DNA from: Antedon mediterranea
Taxonomy: Eukaryota > Animalia > Echinodermata
Direction: 5' to 3'
DNA: 64,000 nucleotides
Assembly (NCBI RefSeq): GCF_964355755.1
Contig: NC_092680.1
Span: 19,415,045 to 19,479,044 of the forward strand
The position numbers were made by a program, and so were the translations under genes. Positions 54,701-64,000 of this stretch are shown piece by piece. The notes below the pieces were generated by a model, which saw only the letters and a list, made by a program, of their open reading frames with translations, ran no database searches and was not told the DNA's origin. Position 1 is the stretch's first letter. The number at the start of each line of letters is the position of its first letter.

Positions 54701-57700
54701 TATCCTGACACGCTTGGCCCATTGGGGAGTTACTCTCTCGTTTCAGTCCTACCGCATAATGGTTAATCGTTGCCGAAGGGGATGATCTGTGGTAGTGACT
54801 ACTACGGTAATTTATGGCCGTTGATTGACTAGCTAACGATCTAGAAACTATTACTAGATAAAAATGTAGATTTATGCAAATTAGTAAACGAGTATGCATT
54901 GTGTTTGAAAGATTCTCCTACCATTAATGTTGAAAACTAATGTTGCATGACGTCTAGGATAAATCATGTACAATTTAACAGAATTATCTACAGAATACAC
55001 CATCAATACTAATGCAGTGTACAGTCTATGAAATAAGATATAAATTTCTATTGTTGTGTTGCATAATGTATCTGATCTTTCTGCTGATCAGATTGAATTG
55101 TTACGTGGATTTTCAAAAGTATGATTAATTATTGATAATAGCTTTGTTTTTCAAATGACAATGACCTAGTTTAATACATCTTGATTCACAGTAATAACAA
55201 AAAGAATTTCAATAAACAACTTTGAACTGTGTAACTAAAATGTGAATAGCTTTCCAATTTATTACTTGGTACACAAGCTCCTTCAAAATATATTATGGAA
55301 TAAATTTTCTTCCAATATTGTATTGTATTGTATTGAAATGTCTAAAGCTCTGTCTACACTATCAAACTTTTTGTGACAAAAAAAACGACATGATGTTGTC
55401 ATATCAGTACCATATTTAGGCATACCACACTACCATATTTGGTCACATCACACTTTTTTTGTCAAATTAGTTTGATAGTGTAGACAGAGCTTTACAATGT
55501 TTATGATAGAAACTTTCAAAACAACACCATAATCAACAGTTTTGTAATTATATTATTTAGCTTTAAAAACATACAACTGATTAAATATTTTTTCCTGCAC
55601 ACATTTGCTAGATTATTGTATTCAGTGTTGTGATGTACAGTCAAAACAGACACAACCGATTATGTTTAATTGTTGTTAGTAGCAACACAGACAGTACTAC
55701 ATACTTCAGAATAGTTTGTTATATTGCGTGTCCATAGAAACAGACCATACATCATAAAAAGGGTTATTAGTATGTGCAATATCAATATAGGAGAGAATTT
55801 TCGTACAAAATTGCTCCTACCATCTATACAAATTGTGTACCAAACTGACCACAATTTTACTTGGAATGTTATTGTTATATGAATTTTCAACAATATCCGC
55901 CATCTATTTTACCAGCCAAAACGGGGTCAAAATTCCCCGATTGTAAGTCTGTTACAGTGACTATACTCAGTGTTGTTACAGACAAAATATTGTTCTAGCC
56001 ATTTTGAATGTCTCTATAATATTCACATCAGATATTCTGTGAATTCAACAGAGCTGTGTTATCAAAACTCACCTGACGCCTGGTTACCAATGGTAATGTT
56101 AGGAGAGCTGCTGATATATCCCATGCCTGATGATGAATAACTACGTTTGCGACATTCTATAAGATAAGCAATGTTATCGTCAATACCTTGCCATACCATA
56201 ATTGGATATATAACTAAAGGCCTAGCAGATACAGAATTGTCACGTCTATGTTCATATTGTATAGTGTTGATCACACGTTTTACAGGATACAAATATTATA
56301 TCTATGGTTATTGAGAGTCGCGACATGCCACAAAGCCGGCATCTTGTGACCCTTGCAGAAATTACCTGTGGAAAAATCATGACTATAAATAGAAATATCA
56401 CCACATTTATTAACATGATAATTTTAATAGGTTGTAGGTAGCTAAAATCATGACAAAACAGATTCTACCATCATGTTGATTAACTAACAGGTTTATAGGT
56501 AAAACCAAGCTAAAACAGATTTCACCACACATTAACTGATAGTGTAGGTGGATAAAACTCAGTCAAAACAGATTTCACCACACATTAACTGATAGTGTAG
56601 GTGGATAAAACTCGGTCAAAACAGATTTCACCACACATTAACTGATAGTGTAGGTGGATAAAACTCAGTCAAAACAGATTTCACCACACATTAACTGATA
56701 GTGTAGGTGGATAAAACTCGGTCAAAACAGATTTCACCACACATTAACTGATAGTGTAGGTGGATAAAACTCGGTCAAAACAGATTTCACCACACATTAA
56801 CTGATAGTGTAGGTGGATAAAACTCGGTCAAAACAGATTTCACCACACATTAACTGATAGTGTAGGTGGATAAAACTCGGTCAAAACAGATTTCACCACA
56901 CATTAACTGATAGTGTAGGTGGATAAAACTCAGTCAAAACAGATTTCACCACACATTAACTGATAGCTTAACAGGTTAAAGGTGGATAAAACCAAGTCAA
57001 AACCGATTCTACCATAGATTAACTGATAGTTTTAACCTGTATGTAGTTAAAACCCAGTAAAAACAGATTTTACCACACATTAACTGATAGTTTTAATAGG
57101 TTAAAGGTGGATAAAACCCAGTCAAACTTAATTTCACCACACAATAAACTGATATCTTTAACAGGTTAAAGGTGGGTAACACCCAGTCAAATAACATTTC
57201 ACCAAAGATTAACTGATACAGTATTTGTAACAGGTTTGTAGCTAGGACACCCAGTAAAAACTGATTCTACAACACATTAACTGACAGATTTCAATAACTT
57301 GCATTCTGATTCTCCAGGCTCAAGATTAAGTAAATCAAAATTCTAAGTATTATCAATAGTGACTTTTACGTTATGAGGTAGTACTTAGGAAATGGACTGG
57401 AAATTACCTTGCATGCATGTTTAAGCAGAAAGATTTTTTCCCATGAAGAACTGGAAATATCACATGACAAGCTTTGACCAATAATTACAAGTGGGATGTA
57501 ACCTTGTTTATGTTCAATGTAGGACAGTCAGAAATAATTTACTGGAAATTCATAAATATTCCACAAGTTTGCTGACAGTGACACAATAGTATTGTACATA
57601 CATCAGTTAGTACATACTAATTAATCATTAACAGTTGAATACGTTTTCCATATTGATTTTAAAAACAACTAAAAAGCTGATATAGAAAACATGTTTAGCC

Positions 57701-60700
57701 TTATCTACACATTCACTTAAATGTTTGATGGAATATGTTCAGGCTAGTGTCACATATCCAATCCTACATAGTTGTAAAGTCTTGACTTAAGATTTTTTTA
57801 TATGGCTTAATTAATAAAGCATTAAAAAAATTATTTATTGGAAGTCATATTTCATATTGTTATTCCAAGAATTAACAAATAAAGAACAAAATATGGCTTT
57901 TCTATTATGATTTTATTTAAACAAAAGATATTGCATTTAACTAACCTTTCCATGGGATATTTGGGCCTCGTACCAATTGACCCTGTTTGTTCCTCACAAT
58001 GTAATACTTCAGGTGTTTTTGTTTCTTAGCCTGTGTCGTTAACTTGAGGTTAATGTGATGTGAAAACTCTGTGAAATAACGAAATCCCTTCTCACCACAG
58101 CCAACACAGTTACCACTGAACCCTATCATGCAAAATAAATACATTAAGTAAGGCATGAGTTTTAATAGTTAGGGAAGTATTGTGAAATTTACTTAAATAC
58201 TTAAAGCCCCATTCCCTACGTTTTTTAGATCTATTTTAAGATCACAAACTATATTTAATGTAAAAATAATACTATATGGTCCTATTGCGATAACTTTTTT
58301 CGTCTTTAAACGGTTAAAAATGTGAAAAATAAATCGATTCTAATAATTATAGAGGCCCGCTATAAATCCCAAAATGCATTGCGCGCGGATTGATATTTTT
58401 GTTTTTCACCTGTAATTCGCCCACTTTTCGATCGATCGTGAAGCCAAAACAAATGGAAGACTCCTAACTTTTCAGCGAAAATACCGGGTTTTCCCCAATT
58501 TGTATCAACGGAGTCTGGCAAAAATAGAAAGACAATTAATGCAGCAACTATACAACGTCAGGCTAGGTATATAGCTAGCGTACGATGTTCGTACGTTATC
58601 GATGTTTACCAGCTAGGCCTACAAAACTAAGCCTAGCTAGGCTAGGCCTAAGACCGTCCATGAGAGGTCGATCGCCGCGAGCTACTTAGGTAGTGCATTG
58701 TTTCTCACTTTTTATCATAATTTACCATAAAACGTACATTTAAGACAAGGAATGACATGGTTTAATGTTTTTAAAGTGATATATATGTATTATTTTCCAA
58801 AAAACGTCCAAAATTGCAGGGAAGGGGTCTTTAATAATAAATAAAAGGTTTTTGGACTCTTTTTAGTCTTAAATGTTTTGTTCTAATTTATTTGATACAA
58901 TTTAGATACTTTTACGCACACTTTACAGATTGGTATTTATATCACAATGATTTTCTTTCTGCATTAAATTGTTTCAATGACTTATTTGTTTTTACTTTAA
59001 AAATACAATTTACTAGGTAAATTTGTTTGTTTTCTTCTAATCATCTTAGGGTAAAGTAGATAATAATTTTCTTTCATTAAAACAACTAGCTATTCAACAC
59101 ACCCTTTGTTCCATTTCAATAACTACTCTTTTGAGTCGCGCAGTATAAAGCTCTGTCTACACTATCAAACTATTTGACAAAAAAAGGGTTATGTGCCCAA
59201 ATATGGTAGTGATATGCCCAAAAATGGTAATGATATGACATCATGTCCATTTAAGTTTGATAGTGTAGAAAGAAGAAGAAGAAGTTCCCATGGCCATATG
59301 GGTGCCACTACATACCCTCCTCATACAAAACTTTAGGTCAGAAAAATGGGTTGAATTTTCATAATTAAGAGTTATAAACTTTGTAACAAACCGACTATAA
59401 ACTCTTAAACAGGTATAATAAACTGCATGTTATTTCTAATAAATTGTTTATAAACAATCCTTACTTAAATGTTATAACAAATAATAATATTTATTTGTCT
59501 TTTTAAGTTAATTATCTTATTATAATTGGCAGTATGCTATCACCAGCTATTAAGCAACCTTGATAATATGGAAAAAACTCATTAAATATGATGTAACACT
59601 CATTAAAAATAATATATACGATTAAATCTGTAGGAAGAAAGGAAATTTAATTGCAAATCTTTATCAATTCAGTTGGAATATTTATGACTTATGATTACAA
59701 AAAAAAGTTGTATAGTAAAGCAATTTAAAGCTCTGTCTACACTATCAAACTATGGTAGTGATATGACATCATCATGTCCATATATGGGCACAGCACATTT
59801 GTTTGTCACATAAAGTTTGATAGTGTAGAGAGAACTTTAGGTATATAGCCCAAAAAATGAAACATTGACGAGACTTGTTTGAGGAATAGTGATAGTTGAC
59901 CGAGTCCTGATAGGCACGCTAGGTTGGTGTGGGATTGAGTTACAATGTTTGGTAGCTGAAAAGGTTTGTTTCGTTTCGTTAGATTTGTGATGGGTTCAGG
60001 GAAATGTTAGGAATGGAAAATAACCTTTAACCTTTGGCTTCAAGCATCTGCTTCTTAAGTTCACCTAAAACATGATACCTACCAAGCAAGGCAAGATTTG
60101 TGTTAGGATCCGGTAAGAACCTTGCGTCAACCGCTGCTACCACGATATTCTCGGGCAAGTATGGTGACTTAGTCCCGACAAGAATGAAGCCTTTTGGAAG
60201 GTCGATAGTCTTTTCTGTAAGTTCTGTTAGTCGAATATCGGCACCAGCTTGACAGAAACCTGAAACAGTGATTTAAAAAAAATGTTAAATAATTTATAAA
60301 TATATATTTGTCCAATTAGACAGATAAATACACCAGGTGGGACCCAACCAAATATCTTCACCTGATTTGGGGTTGACTGTAAGTGTTAAAACATTTATTT
60401 TCCATCGTTTATGGCATGTGAAAGTATTAATCATTTTTAATAGAAGTATCTCAAAGCAGGGGAAGATTCGGGATTTTCATCGGCAGAGAGCAAACATAAC
60501 ATTAATAAAAAGCAGTAAATCATTTTGTTTAACTGTCGAAGGGGGAGGGGGGGGGGGGTGTCACACCTGCAATGGAGGAATTCTACTGTGTAGCGAACAT
60601 TCTGTGCATATGACAACACTGGCATTAAGTATAGCAGAAAGCACTTAAAAATTATTATTTGTTTATATTGAAATGTTGAATTGAATAAAATATTCAAGAT

Positions 60701-62130
60701 GTCAACTGCTGTTTTTTTTTTACAAAATTTGATGGTACTTTTTTTTTCAGGATAAAACCCTAGATTTTTAACCATAAAATATACAATATAAAAATATATA
60801 TTTTTTTAAATATAGGGCAGGTTCATCACTGGGACATGACAGTAAATAAAAATCAACTAGACTTTAGTAGTTGGCATTTAAAGCCAGCTTTTTTTCGATA
60901 AAAAGTAATGATATTAATAAATTAATAGATAAAATAAGGAAGAGGAGGTTCACCAGTAGGGCAAAGGTAGAGAAAAGTCAATCAAAATGGCCTACTTTAC
61001 TTCATAAAAATCTATAACTTTCTTTTATATGTACACTTTTTTATGTATAAAGCCCTGTGGGTAGCTGTTGACATACAAGGTAGCGAATGCCATTATGTGC
61101 AAGCTAAACTTATGTAATACAATTTAATGGTTGTTATCATTGAAACAAATAGAATATTTAAATTCATAATGATAAAACCTGGCATGTAATGTGTTAATGC
61201 TAATATATTTGTTGTATAGAGCGCATTCCACAAACAATGTTGTCTCAATGTGCTTTTAGTGAAGTGGGGGAAAAATAAATATTGTAATAAAATGCTACTT
61301 AAAATACAAATGAAGATCGAAAGGTTGAACTATGACATTTGGAGAAATTAGTTTTATATTATAATAAATAGAGAAAAGTCTCCAGTTGTATCATTGACCA
61401 AAGGGATCTACAATATCATGTCATATAATATATATTTCACAGGAAGTTTTGGTATAGTTTGGTATGTAATACAGTACACTGAATAATTTGTTTTCTTCAC
61501 AATTTACTTCCCCTAGTCTGCTTTTGCTTAAAGACTGGCTGTTTTGACAAATCAGTTTATTTGAATGCATGTTTTAAATAGCTTAGTGTGTCACATCAAA
61601 TTATCTTTTTTTCTTGCATAAATTCTAAGCCCAGTACTCACCTACTTCTTGACAACCTTGCACTGTAAGACTATTGTAAAGCATACCCGATCCATCCATA
61701 TATTCCCTTCTATACTGAACCAGCTCATCTGCTGGGGGCCTGGGGGACAATTGTTTGGGCATCATACCAGTCATCGATGATGGTATATGATCAGGTGGAT
61801 TGTGCCTTGGAATGATCTGTGGAGGAGCTGTCCGGCTAACGACAAGTGGAGCTGGTGGAAGAGGTTGATGGGTAATGGACGGGTGTGGAGGAATGCGGTG
61901 GGATGGGATGACAACGGGTGCATGTACTTTTGATGGAACCGGATGCCGTATCTGTGCCTGGTGTGAATGTCTTGGCGAGGTGGATGCGGGAGTATGTGGT
62001 TCGGATGATCTTGATCGATGTTCTGGATGTACGTCGTGTAAAGCTCGTGGACTGATCGACGAACTGTCTCTTTCACGGCGGCCATCACTAATTCGTCTTA
62101 CATTTAGATCGCGGACTTTAGGCTTTACAT
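33552..62130 (-). CDS. GREB1L: GREB1-like protein, 27 coding exons in window, 5'-partial (first coding exon not found, probably beyond 64000)
   Basis: Exons joined at GT-AG sites give one frame of 5822 nt ending TAA at 33552. Peptides match vertebrate GREB1/GREB1L as recalled: [73 protein letters not shown]-terminal [24 protein letters not shown]1 versus GREB1L orthology cannot be resolved; likely a single invertebrate co-ortholog. Confidence 0.95.
34476..34607 (-). CDS. GREB1L: GREB1L exon (VHYVSSR...SGLLLYMC...FKFIN)
   Basis: tcacag/gtagga, phase 1-1. Confidence 0.92.
34737..35412 (+). repeat. Minisatellite, 15 x 45 bp
   Basis: caaggctcactcaatccatggttctggtggtagaatgagtaatct; one substitution seen (34890). 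Confidence 0.97.
35560..35927 (-). CDS. GREB1L: GREB1L exon (YFDHDIDFN...PDSE...[16 protein letters not shown])
   Basis: caacag/gtacat, phase 2-1. Confidence 0.92.
36412..36612 (-). CDS. GREB1L: GREB1L exon ([16 protein letters not shown]...LQYDQN)
   Basis: ctacag/gtagat, phase 2-2. Confidence 0.92.
36817..36942. mobile_element. MITE, same family
   Basis: aagcactgtctacactatcaaac ... gtttgatagtgtagacagagctta. Confidence 0.75.
36997..37165 (-). CDS. GREB1L: GREB1L exon ([15 protein letters not shown]...[15 protein letters not shown]...QE)
   Basis: ttttag/gtgagt, phase 1-2; absent from ORF track. Confidence 0.92.
37694..37898 (-). CDS. GREB1L: GREB1L exon ([13 protein letters not shown]...[11 protein letters not shown]...AGP)
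   Basis: tttcag/gtgtgt, phase 0-1. Confidence 0.92.
38109..38270 (-). CDS. GREB1L: GREB1L exon (VRDTKSHVF...QFIIP...[12 protein letters not shown])
   Basis: ctgtag/gtattc, phase 0-0. Confidence 0.9.
38709..38830 (-). CDS. GREB1L: GREB1L exon (DDESVSK...[11 protein letters not shown]...STE)
   Basis: tttcag/gtaaag, phase 1-0. Confidence 0.9.
39120..39372 (-). CDS. GREB1L: GREB1L exon ([10 protein letters not shown]...KHVQFV)
   Basis: tttcag/gtacgc, phase 0-1. Confidence 0.92.
39728..39928 (-). CDS. GREB1L: GREB1L exon (TMPLIST...[12 protein letters not shown])
   Basis: ttctag/gtatga, phase 0-0; first half of Walker A-like motif. Confidence 0.92.
39970..40430 (+). repeat. Unclassified interspersed repeat, internally deleted copy
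   Basis: Colinear with 18540-19270. Confidence 0.65.
40573..41161 (-). CDS. GREB1L: GREB1L exon (SVRYIDLRL...acidic/Ser-rich linker...KLIKRT)
   Basis: ttgcag/gtaagt, phase 2-0. Confidence 0.92.
41567..41679 (-). CDS. GREB1L: GREB1L exon ([23 protein letters not shown]...EKYP)
   Basis: tgttag/gtaaga, phase 0-2. Confidence 0.92.
42000..42339 (-). CDS. GREB1L: GREB1L exon ([18 protein letters not shown]...FLKRLQ)
   Basis: cgtcag/gtttgt, phase 2-0. Confidence 0.92.
42650..42780 (-). CDS. GREB1L: GREB1L exon ([12 protein letters not shown]...DELLR)
   Basis: tgacag/gtaaca, phase 0-2. Confidence 0.88.
43121..43295 (-). CDS. GREB1L: GREB1L exon (VQHGPN...PYNLQTVRS...STVQ)
   Basis: taacag/gtaaga, phase 2-0. 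Confidence 0.9.
43825..44098 (-). mobile_element. tRNA-derived SINE (same family as 9553-9860)
   Basis: Shared head and body, (TAT)n tail. Confidence 0.78.
44120..44303 (-). CDS. GREB1L: GREB1L exon (NLLSDLDLG...[17 protein letters not shown])
   Basis: tacatag/gtaaac, phase 1-2. Confidence 0.9.
44681..44878 (-). CDS. GREB1L: GREB1L exon (DCGTQSEP...[11 protein letters not shown]...LVQS)
   Basis: tgacag/gtgagt, phase 1-1. Confidence 0.92.
45188..45462. mobile_element. MITE, same family (degenerate, expanded)
   Basis: taaagctctgtgtac, triplicated aaatatggtagtg, gtttgatagtaaagac. Confidence 0.55.
45565..45699 (-). CDS. GREB1L: GREB1L exon (ASEDLDVLL...SSNNK)
   Basis: ttttag/gtgaat, phase 1-1. 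Confidence 0.85.
45768..45995 (-). mobile_element. tRNA-derived SINE with CORE-like block
   Basis: A-box TGGTGTAATGG, B-box GGTTCGAG, CCTTAGGCAAGATGCTTTAC block, (ATACAAAA)n tail. Confidence 0.65.
45998..46118 (-). rRNA. 5S rRNA-like sequence (divergent; probably a pseudogene or SINE head)
   Basis: ATATACGGCCATACTGCGTTGAAACACCGGTTCTCGTCAGATCACCGAAGTTAAGCAACG...TGGATGGGAGACCG...GGGTGCTGTATAT, 121 nt; boxes A and C retained, loop E altered, no oligo-T terminator. Confidence 0.8.
46294..46422 (-). CDS. GREB1L: GREB1L exon (GTRQTRAL...[11 protein letters not shown]...KNNI)
   Basis: ttttag/gtaagt, phase 1-1. Confidence 0.9.
47023..47158 (-). CDS. GREB1L: GREB1L exon ([11 protein letters not shown]...[10 protein letters not shown])
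   Basis: ttgtag/gttagt, phase 0-1. Confidence 0.9.
47490..47665 (+). repeat. G-rich ~16-bp minisatellite, second block
   Basis: Same unit and orientation as 48196-48545. Confidence 0.88.
47954..48144 (-). CDS. GREB1L: GREB1L exon ([17 protein letters not shown]...VHVAQ)
   Basis: ttattag/gtaagt, phase 1-0. Confidence 0.9.
48196..48545 (+). repeat. G-rich ~16-bp minisatellite
   Basis: gggcctctgggtggaa units with variants. Confidence 0.9.
51397..51836 (+). repeat. Tandem repeat, 3 x ~144 bp
   Basis: tttaattcttaggccata...aatgtattaa three near-identical times. Confidence 0.92.
52399..52737 (-). CDS. GREB1L: GREB1L exon (EPISPKH...[15 protein letters not shown])
   Basis: ttcag/gtcagt, phase 1-1. 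Confidence 0.9.
54599..54853 (-). CDS. GREB1L: GREB1L exon ([10 protein letters not shown]...[10 protein letters not shown]...VIRP)
   Basis: tttttatctag/gtgatc (weak donor), phase 1-1; PPxKKRHR basic motif as in vertebrates. Confidence 0.78.
55345..55492. mobile_element. MITE, same family
   Basis: Perfect TIR aagctctgtctacactatcaaact / agtttgatagtgtagacagagctt flanked by TA. Confidence 0.8.
56073..56156 (-). CDS. GREB1L: GREB1L exon ([10 protein letters not shown]...NQAS)
   Basis: cttatag/gtgagt, phase 1-1; gives WK-ECR junction like vertebrate GREB1L. Confidence 0.8.
56445..57290 (+). repeat. Minisatellite: about 8 x 53 bp core within diverged ~64-bp units
   Basis: aaaacagatttcaccacacattaactgatagtgtaggtggataaaactc(a/g)gtc at 56512-56966. 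Confidence 0.92.
57946..58122 (-). CDS. GREB1L: GREB1L exon ([20 protein letters not shown]...GPNIPWK)
   Basis: atag/gttagt, phase 1-1, highly conserved GREB1 N-terminal block. Confidence 0.95.
58205..58830. mobile_element. TTAA-flanked non-autonomous DNA transposon (Kolobok-like)
   Basis: ttaa|agccccattccct ... agggaaggggtct|ttaa; AG rather than CCY termini. Confidence 0.65.
59148..59270. mobile_element. MITE, same family
   Basis: Left TIR intact, right TIR truncated. Confidence 0.7.
59728..59837. mobile_element. MITE, same family
   Basis: Both TIRs present. Confidence 0.75.
60083..60259 (-). CDS. GREB1L: GREB1L exon ([11 protein letters not shown]...[12 protein letters not shown])
   Basis: tttcag/gtaggt, phase 1-1, conserved peptide; absent from ORF track. 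Confidence 0.93.
61642..62130 (-). CDS. GREB1L: GREB1L exon ([10 protein letters not shown]...VQGCQEV), His/Pro/Ser-rich
   Basis: Acceptor ccttttag, donor gtgagt, open frame, phase 1-1; starts DVKPKV as recalled for vertebrate GREB1L. Confidence 0.85.
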
Positions 62131-64000
62131 CTAAAAGGAAAAATTATATCAAATATTGAAAGGATTCTGAAACGTATCATTAATCAAATTGAAGAAACTT
62201 GGACTCTTGACTTAGCTTACAGAAATGATAAACCTTTCTCCATTAGCCAGTAGTTGATACCAGGTATCAGATTAGCATAGCACTCCATTAGGACATGCAT
62301 CATAAGTTAAGAAGAACATTGGTTTGTAATATAATTGTAGTTTTTATACATGTTTGAATTTCTTTATTGTGAAAATTTTGTTTAGCAATTATTGCTAATC
62401 AAACTGATTTTTTAGTCGAGAAACATAGTTTTGTATTGACTTTTTTTGCTACACAATTATAGAAATGTGTAGCAATAAGGTTGTTTTGTATAGCTTTTTG
62501 CTATGCTACACTGGCGAAATTATTCCCTGCAGTGATACCAATTTTTTTGCTGTGTACTATTGTTTTGTGCTTTTTTATACCATATTCAATAAATAAATAT
62601 GGTCTCCAAAATGAAAAAAATACAAATGTATAAAATTCAACTTTGAATAGGCCTTTTTATAACTTGGATGAAGTTACTCACTTTTGCAAAAACTAAGACG
62701 AAATAAACAGTTAACCAAAAACCAGAGACTTCCAGTCAATGGACTTCCAATTGACCATTTCTTTTTCAAGAAAATTGTTTTTTTATCAAAGAATGAGTAA
62801 TCCGCGATTTTCCCTGCAACAGTAATATTGTCCATGTGGTGGGCGCCGCCATAAGTGAGGATGTATCTGGGATGTATACAACTTATTGTGACGGTTACAC
62901 TAATCAAAGGCTGGACCACCGGTAGTATTTTCATGATAAAAAATGTTATCAACTACATGCCAACATCATGTTAAATGCTGTTTGGATATTTAATTGTTCG
63001 TTTCATGCAATTTATTTAGTAAAAACTGCCGTATAAACAGTTAGCTTCATCAACCGGGCGCTACGATAGCGTGACCGGGCGTGTTGGTGTTTACGCGTTT
63101 TCACGGAGGATAGTTTAATAATATTCCTATATTTAACTTGTTTCTGGTAAAACAAATAAATGTTAATGAAATTTAACATTGTATCCTATTAATAACATGT
63201 ATTTTATACTAATTTATATCATAAAAACAATACTTAATTTACCGGGCGTAGAGTAGTACGCGGTAATGGTAAAGAATATGCCGTGCTGAGTAACGATTCG
63301 TTGATTTTTGGTATTGCTGCGTTAGGCCTTTTTTGTGAACTAATTTAGCATGTTAGTAAATAATTGTCTGTAAAAGTGAATGTACACTAGTTTGTTAATA
63401 AATATGTATTATAAAATGGTTTGCAAATGCAAAATATATTCTCATAATTCTATTTACGGTAATGTGACATGTATAATATCTATTAAATCAAGTCTTATTT
63501 AGTATGTATACATCCGCCCTTATGAGGGCGGGCATCACTCTCTGGAGCTCTGTGTTACAAATTTCTCATGCAAAAATCGCGGAATACTCATTCTTGTGAT
63601 ATATATTCTTTGTTTTTATTTAAATTTTGATTTATTTTTTTTATACAGAGCTCTACAAATGTCAAGATTATCAAAATATTGTTTATAGTGTAATCAATTA
63701 TGAAAAATGTTTACCCTTTGAACGTTTATTGACATTTCACCCCGGTATCGCTATCATAAACATAGCACCTAATACTTAATGATGCAAAAAAAACTACAAT
63801 AAGAATATGAATAAATGATTACCACGGCAACACGCACTATCAAATAACACAATGTTGAAACAAGACAAGCGAAACGATCCGTTAAAGGCCTCCTCGTGGC
63901 CATACGTTTACGAGAAGGACGAAGGTATAATCACCATTATTTGTTACACTATATATACATCAATAATATATCTTTAATCTGTAAACATCAATCACTCAGA

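Noticed and set aside
56157-56365. Longer alternative GREB1L exon using the upstream ttccacag acceptor
   Set aside because: That frame hits TAA before joining the exon frame, and the exon frame has a TAA just upstream of 56292. The acceptor at 56157 gives the conserved WK-ECR junction.
61771-62088. [14 protein letters not shown]... as the coding frame
   Set aside because: It ends in a stop inside the exon; a different frame is open through to the donor and in phase with the next exon.
62131-64000. First coding exon of GREB1L (MGNSYAGQL-like)
   Set aside because: No such peptide was found by eye; the 62674-62952 ORF shows no similarity.

Overview
This is AT-rich animal genomic DNA, not prokaryotic. 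The repeat types suggest an invertebrate deuterostome such as an echinoderm (inference). The right half (33552-62130, minus strand) holds 27 GT-AG exons of a GREB1/GREB1L-family gene. I joined them by hand into one phase-consistent frame of 5822 nt (about 1940 codons, ending in TAA); the first coding exon was not found and probably lies beyond base 64000. The left half has no recognisable coding sequence. It contains four ~1.5-1.6 kb non-autonomous Helentron (HINE/DINE-1-like) elements, one nested in another, several SINE and MITE families, a CTAG/AGGCCT-rich tract, a CTCF-like motif and a tandem array of 8 tRNA-Asp(GTC) units in various states of decay. The GREB1L introns carry a 5S-rRNA-like sequence abutting a tRNA-derived SINE, a 15x45-bp minisatellite amplified from a SINE, and other tandem repeats. 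Most ORFs in the supplied track are spurious or partial exon read-throughs. Comparisons to vertebrate proteins and repeat consensuses are from memory, not from a search. I found no convincing new multi-gene system; the best leads are the 5S+tRNA composite element, the nested Helentrons, and motif changes in the GREB1L glycosyltransferase-like domain.
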